Shown piece by piece: positions 8,443 through 18,264 of a stretch of 59,860 bases of DNA (position 1 is the first letter of the stretch; each line of letters begins with the position of its first letter). Under the pieces are notes generated by a model. The model saw only the letters and a program-made list of their open reading frames with translations. It made no database searches and was not told the DNA's origin. Origin of the DNA: a virus (taxonomy: Duplodnaviria; Caudoviricetes); the IMG/VR virus record IMGVR_UViG_3300037760_000140, positions 1-59,860 of that record. One strand, given 5' to 3'. The position numbers and the translations under genes were made by a program.

Positions 8443-8901
8443 ATGGGTGTTCGTGGCCCCCTCAAGATCCCTAAGCACCTTCAGGCCGTGCCCGATCCGG
8501 GCGCCGCTGCAGGGACCATGGCGGAGAAGGTCGCCCCGTCCGCCCCGCCCCGTCCGCCAGGCTTCCCCGAAGGCGACCGGGAGATGGTCGAGCTGTGGGA
8601 CGCGATCGTCCCCGAGCTGGACCGCGCCGGACTACTCACCCGGGCTGACGGGGCGACGGTGGAGCTGGCCATCCGCCACTTCCTCGCCGCGCGCAAGGCG
8701 GGCGACGCGCTCCAGGCCGGCGACGTCGTGCTGACCGATGCGGCGCACGGCGGGACGGCGAAGAAGAACCCGGCCGGTGCTGAGATGCGTAGCCAGTCGC
8801 AGCTGTTCCTGGAGTACGCCAAGCAGCTCGGGATGTCGTTCGCGGCGCGAGCGCGGATCCCGGCGAAGGATGAGGCGACGGAGGCGAACCCCTTCGCATG
8901 A
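8443..8901 (+). CDS. terS: terminase small subunit (P27 family)
   Basis: KKNPA...LGMSFAARARI motif; position; RBS ggagg. Confidence 0.85.
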   Translation: MGVRGPLKIPKHLQAVPDPGAAAGTMAEKVAPSAPPRPPGFPEGDREMVELWDAIVPELDRAGLLTRADGATVELAIRHFLAARKAGDALQAGDVVLTDAAHGGTAKKNPAGAEMRSQSQLFLEYAKQLGMSFAARARIPAKDEATEANPFA

Positions 8902-8915
8902 GGGGGTGATCCGTC

Positions 8916-10658
8916 GTGGCGGTGAAGGTGCCCGGGAAGCGGGTGCTCGACAAGCTCAAGCTCAGCCCCGAGGTGGCGCACTACCTGCTGTCGCGAGGGT
9001 ATGAGCTGCCGACCTGTCCGCCGCAGCACAAGACGCCGGAGCCCCGCGAGGTGCCGGGCGCATACTTTGATCCGCGCCGCGTGGACCGGGTAGTTGACGC
9101 GTTCGCGCGGCTGCGGCATACGAAGGGCAAATGGGCAGGACGCCCCATAGCGCTGCGGCCGTGGCAGATCGCGTACCTGATCGGCCCGACCTACGGGTGG
9201 GTGCGGCCGACGGCGGACGGCCGGACGGCGCGGATCATCCAGACGCAGTACCTGGACATCCCGCGCAAGAACGCGAAGACGACGGTCGGCGGCGGGCAGT
9301 GCGTATATCTGACGTGCGCCGACGGCGAGGAGGGCGCGGAGGTCTACGCGCTGGCGACGCGGAAGGACCAGGCGCGTCTCTGTTTCGATCCGGTGCGGCT
9401 GCTGGCGACGAAGGCCCCGGACCTGAAGGGGCACGTCAAGCCCCTCCGGGACAAGATCCAGCACCCTAGGTCCGGCAGCTTCTTCTCGGTGATGTCGTCG
9501 GCCGGCGACGCGATGCACGGCACGAGCCCGCACGCGGCGTTCGTCGACGAGCTGCACCTGCACAAGACCCGGGATCTGATCGAGGCGGTGGAGACCGGGA
9601 CGGGCGCGCGCGAGCAGCCGCTCATCATGTACGCCACGACGGCGGACTCCGGCGCCCCGTTCTCTCCGTATGCGGAGATCCGGGAGTACTGCGAGAAGCT
9701 GGCCCGCGGCGCACTGGTCGATCCGACTTTCTACGGAGTGGTGTTCGCGGCGGACAAGCAGGACGATCCGTTCGCAGCGGAGACGTGGCTGAAGGCCAAC
9801 CCGGGCCTGGCGGCCGGCGATTCGCCGACGATGGAGAGCATGGAGAAGGCCGCGGCGAAGGCCCGGCAGAACCCCATCGAGCTGGCGTCCTTCCTGCGGC
9901 TGCGACTGGGCATCCGCACGAAGCAGGAGAGCAAGTACATCTCCCTCGCCGAGTGGGACCGGAACGCCGGCATGGTGGACCGCGAGGCTTTGCGGCGCCG
10001 GGAGTGCTACGGCGGCCTGGACTTGGCGGCCACGAGCGACCTGTCGGCGTTCTGCCTGGTGTTTCCGGAGGGGAAGCCCGGCGACGGCACGGAGGGCTAT
10101 CAGGCGCTGTGGCGGCTGTGGACTCCGGAGGCGAACCTGACGCGGCTGCGGGACCGCACGGCTGGGGCGGCGGATGTGTGGGTGCGGCAGGGCTGGCTGA
10201 CGGTCACCGACGGGGACGTCATGGACTACGGCCACATCCGTGAGGCGATCAATGCGGACCGCGACGACTTCAATGTCGTGGAGGTTGCCTACGACCCGTG
10301 GAACTCGACGCAGCTCATCACGGATCTCGTCGGGGACGATGCGCCGATGGTGGAAATGCGGCAGGGCTACCGGTCGATGTCGCCGCCATTGAAGGAGCTG
10401 GCCAGGCTGCTGCGGCAGGGAACGCCGGAGGTGCCTCTGCTGCGGCACGGCGGGAACCCGGCGATGCGCTGGATGATCGACAACCTGACGGTGGCCACCG
10501 ACCCGAGCCTGAATGTGAAGCCGGACAAGAAGACGAGCGCCGACAAGATCGACGGCGTGGTAGCGCTGGTCATGGCGCTGGACCGGGCTCGGAACCGGGC
10601 GCCGGTGCGCAAGAGCGCCTACGAAGACGACGACGAGGACGACCAGATGGTCGGCTGA
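8916..10658 (+). CDS. terL: terminase large subunit
   Basis: Walker A IPRKNAKTT, Walker B FVDELH, nuclease GLDLA, KIDGVVA. Confidence 0.95.
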   Translation: MAVKVPGKRVLDKLKLSPEVAHYLLSRGYELPTCPPQHKTPEPREVPGAYFDPRRVDRVVDAFARLRHTKGKWAGRPIALRPWQIAYLIGPTYGWVRPTADGRTARIIQTQYLDIPRKNAKTTVGGGQCVYLTCADGEEGAEVYALATRKDQARLCFDPVRLLATKAPDLKGHVKPLRDKIQHPRSGSFFSVMSSAGDAMHGTSPHAAFVDELHLHKTRDLIEAVETGTGAREQPLIMYATTADSGAPFSPYAEIREYCEKLARGALVDPTFYGVVFAADKQDDPFAAETWLKANPGLAAGDSPTMESMEKAAAKARQNPIELASFLRLRLGIRTKQESKYISLAEWDRNAGMVDREALRRRECYGGLDLAATSDLSAFCLVFPEGKPGDGTEGYQALWRLWTPEANLTRLRDRTAGAADVWVRQGWLTVTDGDVMDYGHIREAINADRDDFNVVEVAYDPWNSTQLITDLVGDDAPMVEMRQGYRSMSPPLKELARLLRQGTPEVPLLRHGGNPAMRWMIDNLTVATDPSLNVKPDKKTSADKIDGVVALVMALDRARNRAPVRKSAYEDDDEDDQMVG

Positions 10659-10670
10659 CGGGGGTGGGCT

Positions 10671-12728
10671 GTGGGTCTCCGTAGCGGCTGGCTGCGTGTC
10701 AAGCAGTGGTTTCCGTTCGCGCGTCCGTCAGCCCGCACGTGGCAGCGTCCGGGCTGGACGTGGCAGGGCATGGATCAGGCCCTGGTGCTGGGCATGGACC
10801 ATGCGGAGCTGTGGCGGACCCAGCCGCATCTGCGGACCGTGGTCGATTTCGTGGCGCGGAACGTCGCGCAGTTGGGGCTGCACACGTTCGACCGCGTGTC
10901 GGATTCCGACCGGCGACGGGTGACAGGCCAGGGAGTGGCTGCTCTGCTGCGGCGCCCGAATCCGGACGTCACCATGTATGAGCTGGTGTATGCCACGATC
11001 GGCGATCTGGCACTGCACGACCGGGCGTTCTGGTGGGTGCGGCGCGACGCGGACGCGGCCTCTGGCTGGATGATCCGGCAGATCCCCGCTTCGTGGGTGA
11101 CGTCGGGCCAGGACGGCACGGTGTTCGCCGCTGGGAAGTGGATCGTGCAGCCGCCCGCGACCGCCGGTTCGGTGGAGCCGGTCGAGATCCCCGCCGCGCA
11201 GATGATCACCTTCCACGGCTGGAACCCGGACGACCCGAGTACCGGGGCGTCCCCGGTGCGGGCGCTGAAGCTGATCCTGTCGGAGCAGATCCACGCCTAC
11301 ACCTACCGCGAGCAGGTATGGCAGCGGGGCGGGCGGGCGCCGATGGTGATCGAGCGACCGGCGGACGCTCCGGACTGGGGCACGAAGGGCCGCGAGCGAT
11401 TCCGGAAGGACTGGCGCTCGCAGCTCACCGGATCGGGCCCGGAGGCCGGCGGGACGCCGATGCTTGAGGACGGCATGAAGCTCGTCAAGGTCGGCTTCTC
11501 CGCGCGGGAGGACGCCTTCGTCGAGGCGGCCACGCTGTCGTTGACGACGGTGGCCAGCGTGTATCAGGTCAATCCGACGATGGTCGGCGTGCTGGACAAC
11601 GCCAACTACAGCAACGTGCGCGAGTTCCGGCGGGCGCTGTACGGCGACTCGCTCGGGCCGTGGCTGACGATGTTCCAGGACCGCATCAACACCTTCCTCC
11701 TGCCGATGCTGGACGAGCCGGAAGAGCGGTACGTCGAGTTCAACATCGGCGAGAAGCTGCGAGGGTCTCCGGAGGAGCAGGCACAGGCGTTCCAGGCGGC
11801 GGTGGGCCGGCCGTGGATGACCGCCGATGAGGCTCGCGGGCATCAGAACATGCCGGCGCTTGGTGGCGACGCGGAGCAGCTGGTGACGCCGCTGAACGTC
11901 CTGGTGGGCGGGCAGGCGTCGCCGCAGGATTCGGCGCCACCCGGCTCGGGCGCCGGGCCGCCGCGGGAGACGAGCGCGGTGGTGCGGGGAAAAGCGCTGA
12001 AGGCGCTGCGCCGGGCCGACCCGGTGCGGGCTGACGCGTATGAGCGGCAGTACGAGCAGCGCCTTGGCCGCTGGTTCGGGGACTTCGCCGATGCGGTACT
12101 CGCCGGGTATGGCGGGGCGAAGCGCGGCAGGCCGCGCGTCAAGGCTGCTGAGGATTTCGTGGACCGGGAGGCGTGGCAGGAGTCGCTGGCGACGCTGCTG
12201 CTGACACTGGGCCTGGCGACGTCGACGGCTGCGGCCGAGGATCTGCTGGAGCAGATCGGCCTGCCGCCGGAGGACTACAACGCGGACGCGACGGTGGCGT
12301 GGCTGACGGCGATGGCGGCCGGTGTCGCGGAGGGCATCGTCGGGGCGACGCTCGCCGAGGCCGACGAGGCGCTGGCCGATACGGACCGCACCGATGAGGA
12401 CGGCGAGCCGATGTCCGCTGAGGCGCGGCTGGCCGCTGCTCTCGCGGTGGCGGCGGCTGTGCGGGTGCCGGAGATCTCCGCCTCGCAGGTGACATCCATG
12501 TCGGGCTTTGGGCAGACGGAGGCGGCCCGGGGTGCGGGCGGTGAGCCGACGAAGACATGGCGGACTACGTCCAGCAGCCCGCGGCCGGCGCATCAGCGGA
12601 TGGACGGCGAGACGGTCGGCCTCGACGAGAAGTTCTCCAACGGCGCGATGTGGCCGGGTGACTCCCGGCTGGATGACGCGCAGCGCGCTGGATGTAAGTG
12701 CGCAGTCGAGGTCGCAATCGAGTTCTGA
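10671..12728 (+). CDS. HK97-type portal protein fused to a C-terminal MuF-like minor head domain
   Basis: Portal motifs LLRRPNP, NYSNV, WMTADEAR; C-terminus KTWRT...RPAH..MDGETV...GCKC. Confidence 0.9.
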   Translation: MGLRSGWLRVKQWFPFARPSARTWQRPGWTWQGMDQALVLGMDHAELWRTQPHLRTVVDFVARNVAQLGLHTFDRVSDSDRRRVTGQGVAALLRRPNPDVTMYELVYATIGDLALHDRAFWWVRRDADAASGWMIRQIPASWVTSGQDGTVFAAGKWIVQPPATAGSVEPVEIPAAQMITFHGWNPDDPSTGASPVRALKLILSEQIHAYTYREQVWQRGGRAPMVIERPADAPDWGTKGRERFRKDWRSQLTGSGPEAGGTPMLEDGMKLVKVGFSAREDAFVEAATLSLTTVASVYQVNPTMVGVLDNANYSNVREFRRALYGDSLGPWLTMFQDRINTFLLPMLDEPEERYVEFNIGEKLRGSPEEQAQAFQAAVGRPWMTADEARGHQNMPALGGDAEQLVTPLNVLVGGQASPQDSAPPGSGAGPPRETSAVVRGKALKALRRADPVRADAYERQYEQRLGRWFGDFADAVLAGYGGAKRGRPRVKAAEDFVDREAWQESLATLLLTLGLATSTAAAEDLLEQIGLPPEDYNADATVAWLTAMAAGVAEGIVGATLAEADEALADTDRTDEDGEPMSAEARLAAALAVAAAVRVPEISASQVTSMSGFGQTEAARGAGGEPTKTWRTTSSSPRPAHQRMDGETVGLDEKFSNGAMWPGDSRLDDAQRAGCKCAVEVAIEF

Positions 12729-12745
12729 GGCCCGAAGGGGGCATT

Positions 12746-13576
12746 GTGCTGATCAAGGATGCGCCCGCGCTGCGGGTCAAGGTGACGGACGTCGACGCGG
12801 ACGGCGGCGGGGAGGGCGAGTTCACCGCGCTGGTGAGCGTCTTCGGCAACGTCGACTCCTACGGCGATGTGGTGCAGCCGGGCGCGTTCGACCGCACCCT
12901 TAAGGAGTGGTCGGCCTCCGGCTACCCGATCCCCGTGTACTGGGGCCACAACCTGTCCGATCCGGACTACAACATCGGGCACGTCGTCGAGGCGGTCGAG
13001 ACCGATCGCGGCCTTCAGGTCCGCGCCCAGCTCGACATGGACAGCCCGAAGGCGCCGCAGGTCTACCGCCTGCTGAAGGGCGGCCGGGTCAAGGAGTTCA
13101 GCTTCGGCTACAGCGTGCGGGACGCCGGGTGGGGCGAGAAGGATGACCGCGAGGTGTACGAGCTGCGGGACATCGACCTCTACGAGGTGTCGGTGGTACC
13201 GGTCGGCGCGAACCCCGCCACGGAACTCCAGACCGTGAAGGCCCATGCGGAGCGCACCGGGCGTGCCGCCCGTGCCCTGGAGGGCGCGAAGGCGGGCAGG
13301 GTGCTGTCCGCGAAGAATGAGACCGCGCTGCGTGAAGCGCGCGATGAGCTTGCCGCCGCGATCGACACGATCGACGGCGTGCTGTCCGCCCTCGACCCGG
13401 GCGAGGAAGAGCCGGGCGAGGACGGCGAGAAGAGCCAGGAGACGGATCCGGCCACGGAGCAGGAGCCGGCCGCCGACGAGGAGCCCGACGGGGCCAAGTC
13501 GGACGTGCCCATGCCTGACTTCGCCGCCGACCCACTGGCGGCCCTGATCGATATCGAGATGAGGAGTGCGCAGTGA
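12746..13576 (+). CDS. HK97-family prohead protease
   Basis: SVFGNVDSYGDVVQPGAF, WGH, FSFGY, EVSVVPVGANPAT. Confidence 0.92.
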   Translation: MLIKDAPALRVKVTDVDADGGGEGEFTALVSVFGNVDSYGDVVQPGAFDRTLKEWSASGYPIPVYWGHNLSDPDYNIGHVVEAVETDRGLQVRAQLDMDSPKAPQVYRLLKGGRVKEFSFGYSVRDAGWGEKDDREVYELRDIDLYEVSVVPVGANPATELQTVKAHAERTGRAARALEGAKAGRVLSAKNETALREARDELAAAIDTIDGVLSALDPGEEEPGEDGEKSQETDPATEQEPAADEEPDGAKSDVPMPDFAADPLAALIDIEMRSAQ

Positions 13577-14790
13577 ATCTGCGTGAGCAGCGTGAGCAGG
13601 CGCTGAAGGCCGCCCGGGAAGTAGCGGTCAAGGCGCGGGACGAGAACCGGTCGCTCAGCGAAGACGAGCAGGTCGAGGTGAAGGCCCGGCTGGCGGAGGC
13701 CGACGACCTCGGCGAGAAGATCAAGCAGTCCGACGAGGCGGACGCGCTGATGAAGCGTGCCTTCACCGTGCCGGACGGGAAGCCGTCCGGCGGCGGCGGG
13801 CAGCGGCAGGGCGTGAAGGCGAAGCTGGAGGCGGACTCCGCCTATCAGTCCGCGATGATCGCCGCGAAGTCCCGCACCCGCTTTTCCCAGCGGAGTGTGG
13901 AGTTCGAGAGCAAGGACTTCGAGACGGGCGGCCCGGCCGGCGGCCTGGTGCAGACCCAGTACGGGCGGGTGGTGCCGGAGCCGCTGATTCGGCCTACGGT
14001 CGCCAGTCTGTTCGCGCAGGGCACCATGTCGGCGACGACCCTCACCTACTACGTGGAGGGTCCGGCGACCGGCGACTTCGAGGCTGTACCCGAGGGCGGC
14101 CTGAAGCCCGCGATCGACTTCAGTTTCGACCCCGAGGTCGAGACCCTGTCGAAGATCGCCGGGCACACGAAGATCGACGACGAGGCGTTTCAGGACGTCC
14201 CCTACCTGGTGTCCGTCATCGAAGGGCGGCTGCTGATCCGGCTGACCCTGGCGGAGGAGCGGCAGCTCCTGTCCGGCGACGGAACCGGCGCCAACCTGCT
14301 CGGCATCCTGAACCGGCCCGGCATCCTCAGCGAGGCGTCCGTCAGCGTGGACGACAACCTGGACGCGATCTTCCGCGCGATGACGGAGGTCGAGGACGGC
14401 AGCTTGCTGCCCGTGGACGCGGTCGTGGTCAACACCCGCGACTACCAGACGATGCGGCTGTCCCGGGACGCCAACGAGCAGTACTACGGCGGTGGTCCGT
14501 TCACCGGCGCCTACGGCAACAGCGGCTTCACCCTGGGGCCTGGCCTGTGGCAGCAGCGCACGGTCGTGACTTCCGCGATCCCGCAGGGCACCGCCCTGGT
14601 GGGGGCGTTCGGAGTCGCCGGGCAGGTCCTCCGCAAGGGTGGCGTCTCCCTGGAGATGACCAACAGCAACGAGGACGACTTCATCCACAACAAGGTCACG
14701 CTGCGGGCGGAGGAGCGGCTGATGCTGGCCGTGTACCAGCCGTCGGCATTCTGCGAGGTGGAGCTGGTCGGTGCCGGCTCCGGCTCCTGA
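13573..14790 (+). CDS. major capsid protein (HK97 fold)
   Basis: N-terminal coiled-coil delta domain, EGGLKP, LLSGDG, DFIHNKVTLRAEER. Confidence 0.93.
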   Translation: MNLREQREQALKAAREVAVKARDENRSLSEDEQVEVKARLAEADDLGEKIKQSDEADALMKRAFTVPDGKPSGGGGQRQGVKAKLEADSAYQSAMIAAKSRTRFSQRSVEFESKDFETGGPAGGLVQTQYGRVVPEPLIRPTVASLFAQGTMSATTLTYYVEGPATGDFEAVPEGGLKPAIDFSFDPEVETLSKIAGHTKIDDEAFQDVPYLVSVIEGRLLIRLTLAEERQLLSGDGTGANLLGILNRPGILSEASVSVDDNLDAIFRAMTEVEDGSLLPVDAVVVNTRDYQTMRLSRDANEQYYGGGPFTGAYGNSGFTLGPGLWQQRTVVTSAIPQGTALVGAFGVAGQVLRKGGVSLEMTNSNEDDFIHNKVTLRAEERLMLAVYQPSAFCEVELVGAGSGS

Positions 14791-14803
14791 CCCATCACCC
14801 ATC

Positions 14804-14830
14804 GGGGGCCGGGCACCGAGCCCGGCCCCC
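14804..14830 (+). terminator. hairpin after capsid gene
   Basis: gggggccggg...cccggccccc. Confidence 0.6.
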
Positions 14831-14856
14831 GGACCGCGAGAGAGGGAGGGACGGCA

Positions 14857-15033
14857 ATGGCCCGTCCGAACAGGCTGCGCAAGTACGAGGTAGAGGTCCG
14901 GCCCGGTACGTGGGTGACGATGAAGCTCACTCCGGAGCAGGTCGAGGAGCACGGCGATCCGAAGCGGATCCGTGAGCCGAAGGCCCGTCCGGTCGCGAAC
15001 AAGGGGCGGCAGCCCGCCAACAAGTCGGCCTGA
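14857..15033 (+). CDS. small basic virion-associated protein (58 aa)
   Basis: Read by hand; RBS ggagg; MARPNRLRKYEV...PANKSA. Confidence 0.65.
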   Translation: MARPNRLRKYEVEVRPGTWVTMKLTPEQVEEHGDPKRIREPKARPVANKGRQPANKSA

Positions 15034-15034
15034 C

Positions 15035-15262
15035 GTGGCCGTCGATCTGTCGGTGTTCGTGGGCGTCGGCAAAGGCGAGCTAATGGAGCTGGGCACGGTC
15101 TCTGTCGATTCCGTGACGGAGGCTCAACGCGAAGTGCCCCGGATCCTGCGCGAGATCGCTGACGAGATGGAGGCGGTGACCGGTGCCGACGATGGAAGAG
15201 CTGCGGGACCGTCTGAAGCGTCGCCCGGGGATGGGTCACCTGACGGACGAGCAGGCGGATGA
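15035..15262 (+). CDS. hypothetical protein
   Basis: Fills gap; overlaps next gene. Confidence 0.4.
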   Translation: MAVDLSVFVGVGKGELMELGTVSVDSVTEAQREVPRILREIADEMEAVTGADDGRAAGPSEASPGDGSPDGRAGG

Positions 15263-15764
15263 CCTGCTGGCGGAGGCCGCTGATGCTGCCCGTGATTACT
15301 GCGGCTGGCACATCTGGCCGGAGGTGACGGAGCAGGTCACGGTGGACACCCTCGGCGGGCCGGTGTGTCCGCTGCCGACGCTGATGTTGCACGAGGTGAC
15401 TGCGGTGGAGACCCGGCCGCGGTTCGATCTGGATCCGGGCGCGTGGGAGGCGGTGACCTCGGGTTGGGACTGGTCGGAGGCCGGCTGGTTGCTGCGCTGC
15501 GGCTCCTGGCCGGACGGTCCCCGCGCGGTGCGGCCGACCATCCGTCATGGCTACACCGACCCGCCCGGGGCGATCGGCAGCGTGCTGCTCGCCGGGGCAT
15601 CCCGTAGCGAAACTGTGCCGACCGGGGTTTCGGCGGAGCAGTCGGGCGGCGAGTCCATCAGCTATGCCACGGCGGCGGCGAGCGAGTACGCGTCCACTCC
15701 GGGCCTGCTGTCCGCAGCGGAGCACGCGGTGCTGGACAAGTACAGGCTGGCCAACCGGCCGTAG
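15183..15764 (+). CDS. head-tail adaptor
   Basis: ARDYCGWHIWP, HGY, VLDKYRL; synteny. Confidence 0.8.
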   Translation: MPTMEELRDRLKRRPGMGHLTDEQADDLLAEAADAARDYCGWHIWPEVTEQVTVDTLGGPVCPLPTLMLHEVTAVETRPRFDLDPGAWEAVTSGWDWSEAGWLLRCGSWPDGPRAVRPTIRHGYTDPPGAIGSVLLAGASRSETVPTGVSAEQSGGESISYATAAASEYASTPGLLSAAEHAVLDKYRLANRP

Positions 15765-15775
15765 GGGGTGACCCG

Positions 15776-16132
15776 ATGGCGGGTGTATTTGTCTGGCACC
15801 GCGACGTGCTGGTGCGGGTGCGGGCTCCTGTGGTGGATGACCCCTACGGCAACCCGGTCCGGGACTGGGATGCGGCGACCAGTACGGACCTGTCGGGCTG
15901 GCGGGTGCAGCCGGTGCAGGGCTCCCGCCAGAACACGGCGGACACGCTGCCGCGCGATGGTCTGGAGCGCAGGCAGAGGGCGTTCGGCCCGCCGGACGCC
16001 GACGTGCTGCGGACGGACCGCATCGAGTGGCAGGGCGAGACGTGGATCGTGGACGGCGACGTGGACCGGTGGCGCTCGCCGACCGGCCGGCTCGCCCACA
16101 CGGAGCTGATCTTGCAGCGGATGGAGGGCTGA
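15776..16132 (+). CDS. head-tail stopper/closure protein
   Basis: DPYGNPVRDW, DRIEWQGETWIVDG; synteny. Confidence 0.8.
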   Translation: MAGVFVWHRDVLVRVRAPVVDDPYGNPVRDWDAATSTDLSGWRVQPVQGSRQNTADTLPRDGLERRQRAFGPPDADVLRTDRIEWQGETWIVDGDVDRWRSPTGRLAHTELILQRMEG

Positions 16133-16135
16133 GTC

Positions 16136-16420
16136 ATGGCGGGTAGTGCGCGGATTCGGATCGAGACCTCGTACAGCGGTATCGGCAAGATCGCGCGGGG
16201 GTCGGAGGTGTCCGGGGACATGCTGCGGCGGGCCCGGAAAGTCGCTGCCGCTGCACGGTCGGCGGCGCCGGAGATGCAGGAGGGTGAGATCACCGTGGAG
16301 GCCGAGCTGCGGCCTGGACGTGAGCGGGCCCGCGCGGTGGCCGTGGCCCGACACCCGGGCGTGGCCCATGCCGAGGCGAAGCACCGGTTCCTCGGCCGGG
16401 CTGTCGACGCGGCCGGCTGA
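16136..16420 (+). CDS. neck/tail completion protein
   Basis: Synteny; EAKHRFLGRAVDA. Confidence 0.7.
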   Translation: MAGSARIRIETSYSGIGKIARGSEVSGDMLRRARKVAAAARSAAPEMQEGEITVEAELRPGRERARAVAVARHPGVAHAEAKHRFLGRAVDAAG

Positions 16421-16812
16421 TGGCCGGCCCGGTCGTTCAGTTCCCGGACTCGATGCTGCTGGCCACGGAGTACCTGCGGCCGCTGATCGCCCCGGTGCAT
16501 GTGGGCACGGAGGTGCCCAGTCCGCGTCCGGTCGAGATGGTGCTGCTGCGCCGCCTCGGGGGTCCGCGGCGGAACGCCATCGTGGACGCGCCGCGCGTTG
16601 ATGTGCAGGTGTGGGCGGCGTCCGATCACCGGGCCGGGGAGATCGCCGAGGACGCCCGCTATCACCTGGCGCGGATCTGCGAGTTCGTGCCGGAGGTCCG
16701 GACCTCGGATGAGGAGACCGGGCCCGCGTTCATTCCCGATGCGCCCAGCGATGTGCCGCGGGTGTTGATGACCATCGTTCTGTCGGTCCGCGGCGCGGTC
16801 CCGGCAAGCTGA
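16420..16812 (+). CDS. tail terminator
   Basis: RRLGG...PRVDVQVWA; synteny. Confidence 0.75.
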   Translation: MAGPVVQFPDSMLLATEYLRPLIAPVHVGTEVPSPRPVEMVLLRRLGGPRRNAIVDAPRVDVQVWAASDHRAGEIAEDARYHLARICEFVPEVRTSDEETGPAFIPDAPSDVPRVLMTIVLSVRGAVPAS

Positions 16813-16827
16813 CAAGGAGGACGCGCC

Positions 16828-17442
16828 GTGAAGAATACTGATAACGCACGCGCCTGGTACGGGTTCGACTCGGGGATTTGGGTGACGCTGCCGGGCGAGC
16901 CGGTGCCTGCGTTCCCGCTGCCCGATGTGCACGACGAGAACGGCGAGTTTGTGCCGCCCGGCGCCGAGTTCTACGAGATCGGCTGGCTGTCGGAGGACGG
17001 GCCGACGCAGGGCCGCAACCGGACCGTGGAGCAGTTCCGCGGCTGGCAGGGCAACAGCATCGTGCGGACCGCGACGACCGAGGACGACCACAATGTCCAG
17101 ATCCAGGCACTTGAGGACAACTGGGTGGTGCAGCAGCTGCGCTACCCGAACGCCCCCATCAGCACCGTCGGCGACATCACGACCACGGTGGTGACTCCGC
17201 AGGCCGGGGAGGATATCCGCTCCGGCTGCCTGGACCTCCTGGACGGCGAGATCTGGAAGCGCATCTTCATTCCGAGGCTGGTGGTCACCGATATCGGTGA
17301 CGTCGCCCACCAGGCGGGTGAGCTGACGATGTACGAGATGACGTTGCTGGCCCGGGTGCACGTCATGGAGGTGGATGGCGTAGAGCGCGTGGTCCACGTG
17401 ATCGAGGTCACCAACAATCCCGCGATGATCATCGGGAGCTGA
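16828..17442 (+). CDS. major tail protein
   Basis: GWLSEDG, GWQGN motifs of actinophage MTPs; RBS aaggagg. Confidence 0.85.
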   Translation: MKNTDNARAWYGFDSGIWVTLPGEPVPAFPLPDVHDENGEFVPPGAEFYEIGWLSEDGPTQGRNRTVEQFRGWQGNSIVRTATTEDDHNVQIQALEDNWVVQQLRYPNAPISTVGDITTTVVTPQAGEDIRSGCLDLLDGEIWKRIFIPRLVVTDIGDVAHQAGELTMYEMTLLARVHVMEVDGVERVVHVIEVTNNPAMIIGS

Positions 17443-17542
17443 CCGCTCCCCACTCTGACGAGGGGCGTGCCCGCCTTGCGCGGTCCGGGTGCGCCCCTCT
17501 CTCAACACCCGGACCGCGCGCAGACCGTAGGAGAGACCGCGC

Positions 17543-17848
17543 ATGAGCAACAGGACGTACAAGGTCAGCGAGCTGCGGCGGCGCGAGGCCGACCGCCGCG
17601 GCGGGGATATCATCACCCTGGTAACCGACGACGGTAAGCCGCACACGTTCCCGGCGCCCGGGTTCTGGTCCGACGAGGTCAAGGCGAAGATGGGCAAAGG
17701 CGATGTCGCTTTCGTTCGCGCCCTGATGGGGGAAAAGGGCTACGAGGCGTTCCACGCGGCCGGCGGGCAGAGCGATGACGTCAGTCTCGTTGTCGCCGAA
17801 TATCGTCGGACCCAGGGTGCTGACCTGGGGGAATCTTCGGCCTCGTAG
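17543..17848 (+). CDS. tail assembly chaperone (G)
   Basis: Between MTP and TMP; slippery GGGGGAA at 17827-17833. Confidence 0.85.
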   Translation: MSNRTYKVSELRRREADRRGGDIITLVTDDGKPHTFPAPGFWSDEVKAKMGKGDVAFVRALMGEKGYEAFHAAGGQSDDVSLVVAEYRRTQGADLGESSAS

Positions 17849-18240
17849 ACCTCCTTGAGGAGTACTACGGGGAGATCGAGTACGACCTCCTGCGGATCGG
17901 CGTGGACCTGGGGGACCTGGGCACGGATCGCCTGACGTGGGGGCGACTGCTCAGGCTGATCCAGGCCCAGCCGCGCACGTCCGCGTCGGCTTTCGCATGG
18001 GCGCAGGCGCGCGAGAAGGGCGCCTACCCGATCGATGTCGAGCTGGGCGCGGGTGCGTTCGATGCCCTGTCGGTGGCGAACTGGCAGCGCAGCAAGAAGT
18101 CGTCGAGCGCCAGTTCCGCGCCGAAGCCGATTCCTCGCCCGTCCAAGATCGAAGCCCTGCGCGGCGATGCGCGTGACGCGCTGATCGAGCGCGGCCGCGC
18201 GATGCTGCGGCGGCAGAGACCGAGGCCACCCGGCCACTGA
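17543..18240 (+). CDS. tail assembly chaperone G-T via -1 frameshift
   Basis: The -1 frame from GGGGGAA is open (GIFGLVDLLEEYYGEIEYDLLRIGVDL...) into ORF 17902-18240. Confidence 0.8.
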
Positions 18241-18264
18241 CACCAGGGACGGGGGTGGGCGGTC

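Noticed and set aside
17728-17736. Second slippery site GGGGGAAAA in the chaperone gene
   Set aside because: The -1 frame reaches TGA within about 15 codons
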